Positions 59,888-64,000 of a DNA stretch of 64,000 bases are shown here, in pieces; positions within the stretch are counted from its first letter, which is position 1; each line of letters opens with the position of its first letter. This DNA is from Desulfosudaceae bacterium. Lineage in GTDB: Bacteria > Desulfobacterota > Desulfobacteria > Desulfobacterales > Desulfosudaceae. The notes beneath the pieces are model-generated. The model did no database searches and was not told the DNA's origin. It saw nothing but the letters and a program-made list of their open reading frames with translations. The stretch covers positions 1,184,001 to 1,248,000 of the forward strand of contig CAXXDV010000003.1 of NCBI GenBank assembly GCA_963674745.2. The letters run 5' to 3'. Made by a program: the position numbers and the translations under genes.

Positions 59888-61201
59888 ATGCGCCACAAAT
59901 TGCATCCCCAGTCTGAAGATCATCAATATACCGTTCTGGTATGTATTATTATAATGTTTTTAGCCCTGGCGCTGACCGCTTGTGCCAACAAAGCCTGGTA
60001 TCAGTCTTATGGCTTTGATTCCCGGGAAGATGTCATATCCATTGCTTCGGTTCCGGTGCTGATCGACGCACTGGGGGATCAGGACCCCAGTGTACGCAAG
60101 AAGACTGCCCGTGCACTGGAGGAGATCGGTTCTGACGCCAAAGATGCCGTACCGGCACTGACGGAAGTCTTGAAAGATAACGATTTCAACGTTCGTCAGG
60201 CCGCTGCTGACGCTCTGGAAGCCATTGAACTGATGGGTATATCGGGTAAAGATGATGAGGCAAAAAGAAAAGTCCGGTTGCTGGTAAACACCACCAGGCT
60301 GGAGATAGATAACTGGATGATTCGGCTGGAGGCCGTTAACAGGCTGGCTGACCTGGGGCATGAGGCTGCTGATGCCTTACCAGAATTGATATCCATTATT
60401 GAAGACAGGTCTGACTGGCGCGATCATTATTATAATCAAGTACTCAAAGGGGCTGTGATTGCTCTTGGAAATATCGGTCCTGAAGCCCGGGCTGCAAATC
60501 CAGCCCTGATAAAACTGATGGACAACAAGGACTACGAGATTCGTCTGGAAGTTGTCAAGGCCCTGGGTAAAATCGGTCCGGGTACAGACACGGCTGTAAG
60601 AGAAGCCTTGATCGAGGCCGTACACGGTGACCCGGAACTGATCGGCGTGCGGGATGCTTTTGCCAGCATGCTGCCGTCAAGCCAAAAAGACCTGGCGTAT
60701 ACAAACATGCATTTTGGTGATCCGGACAGCGATGTCCGCAAAGAAGCCGCAGCCGTTCTTGGGAGATTCGAAGCAGACGCGGTGGCGGCTGTACCGGCGC
60801 TCTTGGAAGCGACGATGACCGACATTAATGCCGATGTCCGTCGTCAGGCCGCCTTGTCGCTGAGCAAAATTCAACCGGGTGGCGGAGCAGCCATGATCGC
60901 GTTTGATAAAGCCTTAACTGAAAAGGAAGCCCCCATGACACGGGCGGCTGCTGTTTTTGAACTGCGCAACGCCATGCCGGAATACAGGGAATCCTGGATG
61001 CCGCGATTGCTTCTTTGTCTGGATGATGTTGACGAGGGGGTTCGTTTAAATGCCGTCAAAACACTGGGGGAATTTAAAATCGTTAATAAGAATGTATACA
61101 AAGCCCTTCGCCGACTGGCCCTTGAGGATAAGTCCCTGACGGTAAAAGCAGAAGCTGGAAGAACGCTGAATTATTTAAAGAGTGTCCATCCGGCTGATTA
61201 A
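59888..61201 (+). CDS. HEAT-repeat (PBS lyase-like) lipoprotein
   Basis: Lipobox LTAC; repeated D..VR..AA.ALG.IG units. Confidence 0.88.
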   Translation: MRHKLHPQSEDHQYTVLVCIIIMFLALALTACANKAWYQSYGFDSREDVISIASVPVLIDALGDQDPSVRKKTARALEEIGSDAKDAVPALTEVLKDNDFNVRQAAADALEAIELMGISGKDDEAKRKVRLLVNTTRLEIDNWMIRLEAVNRLADLGHEAADALPELISIIEDRSDWRDHYYNQVLKGAVIALGNIGPEARAANPALIKLMDNKDYEIRLEVVKALGKIGPGTDTAVREALIEAVHGDPELIGVRDAFASMLPSSQKDLAYTNMHFGDPDSDVRKEAAAVLGRFEADAVAAVPALLEATMTDINADVRRQAALSLSKIQPGGGAAMIAFDKALTEKEAPMTRAAAVFELRNAMPEYRESWMPRLLLCLDDVDEGVRLNAVKTLGEFKIVNKNVYKALRRLALEDKSLTVKAEAGRTLNYLKSVHPAD

Positions 61202-61215
61202 TCATTATTACGCTG

Positions 61216-62421
61216 ATGGCACGCATAAAAATTCTGGAAAACAATATCCGGCATTATGCCTGGGGATCTCTCACCGCTATTCCTGAATTGCTGGACATTT
61301 CTTTTTCCTCCGATCGCCCGTGCGCTGAACTCTGGATGGGCGCACATCCAAACGCCCCTTCCCGGGTAACTCACGAAGGAAGAACAGTTTCCTTAGACCA
61401 ATATATTGTTCGAAATGCGGAACACCTGCTCGGTAAAACAGTTGCCGGAAAATTTAACAACAGCCTGCCGTTTTTGTTCAAAGTGTTGGCTGCAGCGGAA
61501 CCGCTTTCCATTCAGGCCCATCCGGATAAAGCCCAGGCAAGAGAAGGGTTTGATCGGGAGAACAGGGCCGGCATACCTCTGGACGCGCCGAACAGAAACT
61601 ATAAGGATTCCCATCACAAACCGGAATGTATCTGTGCCATGACGCCGTTTACCGCATTGTGTGGTTTTCGGGATATACCGGATATTATCCATAATCTTTC
61701 CACCGTTCTTCCCGGGCACCGTCAAAATGTGCTGTCTGATCTCCACAGAAAATCGGATAGCGTCGGATTGAAGGCGTTTTTTCATCAATTACTCGTTATG
61801 GATTCCGATGCAGCAGGTGATGTCACGGCCCGGGCAGTTGACGAAGCCGGAAAGCGGGCCGAAAACGATTTCATGTGCCGCTGGATAGTACGCCTGAATC
61901 AGTTCTATCCGGGTGATATCATGGCACTGGCGCCTGCTTTTTTGAACCTGGTTGAATTGTCTCCCCAACAGGCCCTGTTTCTGCCGGCCGGTGTACTTCA
62001 TGCGTATCTCGAGGGCGTCGGGGTCGAGCTGATGGCCAGCTCTGATAATGTTCTGCGCGGCGGGTTGACACCCAAACATGTCGATGTTGATGAGTTGATG
62101 CGTGTGCTTGATTTTTCTCCACTGACCCTTCAGTTGTTGTCTCCGGAATTCGGTGAGGGCTGTGAAGGCGTGTTTGACACTTCAGCGGAAGAGTTTGTCC
62201 TGTCGGTGGTGCGCGTCATGCCCGGGACAACATGCATTCCCGGTCAGCAGGGCAGGGTGGCGATTCTACTGTGTGTTGAAGGTCAGGCCATCCTGACCGA
62301 TGAGGACACGGAAGAAACAACCGAACTGACCAGAGGGGTCTCAGTCATCATACCGGCATCTGTTACGCACTATACGCTTTCCGGAGACGCAAAAATATTC
62401 AAGGCGAGCGTTCCCTGCTGA
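61216..62421 (+). CDS. manA: Mannose-6-phosphate isomerase class I
   Basis: YAWGS, AELWMGAHP, LSIQAHP, HKPE and SDNVLRGGLTPK motifs. Confidence 0.96.
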   Translation: MARIKILENNIRHYAWGSLTAIPELLDISFSSDRPCAELWMGAHPNAPSRVTHEGRTVSLDQYIVRNAEHLLGKTVAGKFNNSLPFLFKVLAAAEPLSIQAHPDKAQAREGFDRENRAGIPLDAPNRNYKDSHHKPECICAMTPFTALCGFRDIPDIIHNLSTVLPGHRQNVLSDLHRKSDSVGLKAFFHQLLVMDSDAAGDVTARAVDEAGKRAENDFMCRWIVRLNQFYPGDIMALAPAFLNLVELSPQQALFLPAGVLHAYLEGVGVELMASSDNVLRGGLTPKHVDVDELMRVLDFSPLTLQLLSPEFGEGCEGVFDTSAEEFVLSVVRVMPGTTCIPGQQGRVAILLCVEGQAILTDEDTEETTELTRGVSVIIPASVTHYTLSGDAKIFKASVPC

Positions 62422-62457
62422 TCAACAAATCATAACATTAATATCGGACTTTTAGAC

Positions 62458-63894
62458 ATGGACAGACATGTGCAGACCAAAATAATCGCAACCATCGGGC
62501 CCAGTTCCAGGGAAAAAAACGTTATGCGCCGCCTGGTCGAGGCCGGCGTCTCGATCTTCCGGTTGAATTTTTCCCATTCATCCCCCGACACGTTCTCTGA
62601 CGTAATTGAATTCTTCAGGGATATTGAACAGAAAACCGGTAAAATAATTACGCTGATGGGCGATCTTGGGGGGCCCAAGATACGTATCGGCAAAGTTGAG
62701 GGAGCGCCCCTGCAGGTTTTCTCCGGGCAGGCGGTCCGGCTTGGCCCTTCCAGTGCGGAGAAAAACTTTGACGATGCCCCTTATCTTCCCCTGGACTTTC
62801 CTGGAATTTTGAACAAACTGGACGTTGGATTGTCCGTAATCCTCAGTGACGGTATTCCAAAATTCCAGATTAAAGAGATCTCAGATACAGACCAGGGGCA
62901 GGTTTTTATCCTTGAAACAATAAACAGCGGTATCGTTTCTTCCAGCAAGGGTATTTCTTTTCCCGGCCTGACGTTCGATCTGCCGGCCCTGACAAACAAA
63001 GATCGTGAAGATGTGGCCGAAGCGTTACGCCTGGGGATTGATGCCCTGGCCTTGTCTTTTGTCCAGAAAAAACAGGATGTGCTGGATTTAAAGGATGAGA
63101 TGCAGCGTCATGGACGGCAGGTTCCGGTAATTGTGAAGATCGAGCGGGTCGGGGCCGTTGATGCTTTTGACGAAATTATTGCCGAAGCCGACGGCATTAT
63201 GGTGGCCAGGGGCGACCTGGGCCTGGAAACTTCTTTGCCGGCTTTGCCGGTACTGCAGAAAAAGATCATCAATATGTGTCTGGATCATCAGAAACCCGTC
63301 ATTGTAGCCACCCAGATGCTATTGTCCATGGTGCATAATCCACTTCCCACCCGGGCCGAAGCGGCTGATGTCGCCAATGCCATTATGGATGGTGCCGACG
63401 CGGTGATGCTGTCCGAAGAAACAGCCGTCGGTGAATACCCGGTCGAGGCTGTGACCATAATGGGCCAGGTGGCCCGTCATGCAGAGCAGTACATGGCCGA
63501 AAAAATGGCCGGCCCCCGTTATCCCAAAGGTGATCAGGTGGGCAAGCATCTGGCTTATTCCGCCTGCCAGGTGGCTGACCATGCCGGAAGCAGGGCTCTG
63601 ACCTGCCATACCGCCAGCGGGTTGACCGCCGCCATGCTGTCCGCCTGTCGTCCGGCCAGACCGATCTACGCTATTTCGCCGCATATTGAAACCGCCCGGC
63701 GGATCAATTTTCTATGGGGTGTCAGGCCCGTGCAGGGAGATAATCAACTGGAGGACCATCTTGACCGGGTGGAAATGTTTATCGAAAGCCATGATGAATT
63801 TGCCAAAGGAGAGAGCTTCGTCATTACATCGGGACAGCCCACACCCGGGCAGCCGCAAAACGATACTAACCAGATGAAAATATATTACAAGTAA
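62458..63894 (+). CDS. pyk: Pyruvate kinase
   Basis: TKIIATIGP, RLNFSH, MVARGDLG, ATQML and DAVMLSEETA motifs. Confidence 0.97.
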   Translation: MDRHVQTKIIATIGPSSREKNVMRRLVEAGVSIFRLNFSHSSPDTFSDVIEFFRDIEQKTGKIITLMGDLGGPKIRIGKVEGAPLQVFSGQAVRLGPSSAEKNFDDAPYLPLDFPGILNKLDVGLSVILSDGIPKFQIKEISDTDQGQVFILETINSGIVSSSKGISFPGLTFDLPALTNKDREDVAEALRLGIDALALSFVQKKQDVLDLKDEMQRHGRQVPVIVKIERVGAVDAFDEIIAEADGIMVARGDLGLETSLPALPVLQKKIINMCLDHQKPVIVATQMLLSMVHNPLPTRAEAADVANAIMDGADAVMLSEETAVGEYPVEAVTIMGQVARHAEQYMAEKMAGPRYPKGDQVGKHLAYSACQVADHAGSRALTCHTASGLTAAMLSACRPARPIYAISPHIETARRINFLWGVRPVQGDNQLEDHLDRVEMFIESHDEFAKGESFVITSGQPTPGQPQNDTNQMKIYYK

Positions 63895-64000
63895 GCTTAT
63901 GGGGCATTTTAAAATCAATACCCGGGATATTTTTTTTATTTTAAAGGACCAGCTTGACTATGGCGCGCTGTGTGCCCTGGATAAATACAGCGATCTTGAC

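Noticed and set aside
1..64000. RAYT/IS transposase, integrase, prophage, tRNA or rRNA genes
   Set aside because: No HUH, DDE or tyrosine-recombinase motifs in the ORFs and no tRNA- or rRNA-like sequence recognised by eye; a covariance-model scan would be needed to exclude small RNAs.

Overview
A 64-kb bacterial chromosomal segment with about 50 protein-coding genes. Gene content and style suggest a sulfate-reducing deltaproteobacterium of the Desulfobacterales type (inference). No rRNA, tRNA, CRISPR-cas, integrase or transposase was recognised. In order it holds: two convergent outer-membrane beta-barrel genes and a RIO/Kdo-like kinase, all broken by +1 homopolymer indels; a NifU-N scaffold; a TolC-MFP-RND pump; a three-gene c-di-GMP block (membrane GGDEF, a 7TM-DISM histidine kinase-REC-HD-GYP fusion, and a PilZ protein fused to a PhcB-like SAM methyltransferase); TPR-lpoB-COG3014-like genes; a TAXI-TRAP transporter; MFS; a molybdate island (HTH-PBP regulator, porin, modABC and a second, chimeric ABC importer); nupC; macAB-tolC; DHH, PfkB, class II aldolase and a PAS hybrid kinase; dksA-PHP-rnc-radical SAM; a Ni/Co ECF transporter behind a structured leader ending in a terminator-like hairpin; a cold-shock protein; two lipoproteins; manA and pyk. 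Intergenic DNA carries more than 25 copies of a 58-59 bp GTAG-type REP doublet. Many are in tandem arrays whose linkers are built from 21-bp modules (periods 85-86, 105-107 and 128 bp), and several sit beside 7-8-mer microsatellites. The best candidate for an undescribed system is the 12.5-19 kb block, which looks like a Phc-type methyl-ester signal synthase and sensor pair wired directly to c-di-GMP synthesis, binding and breakdown. All protein-family calls come from motif recognition by eye, not database searches.
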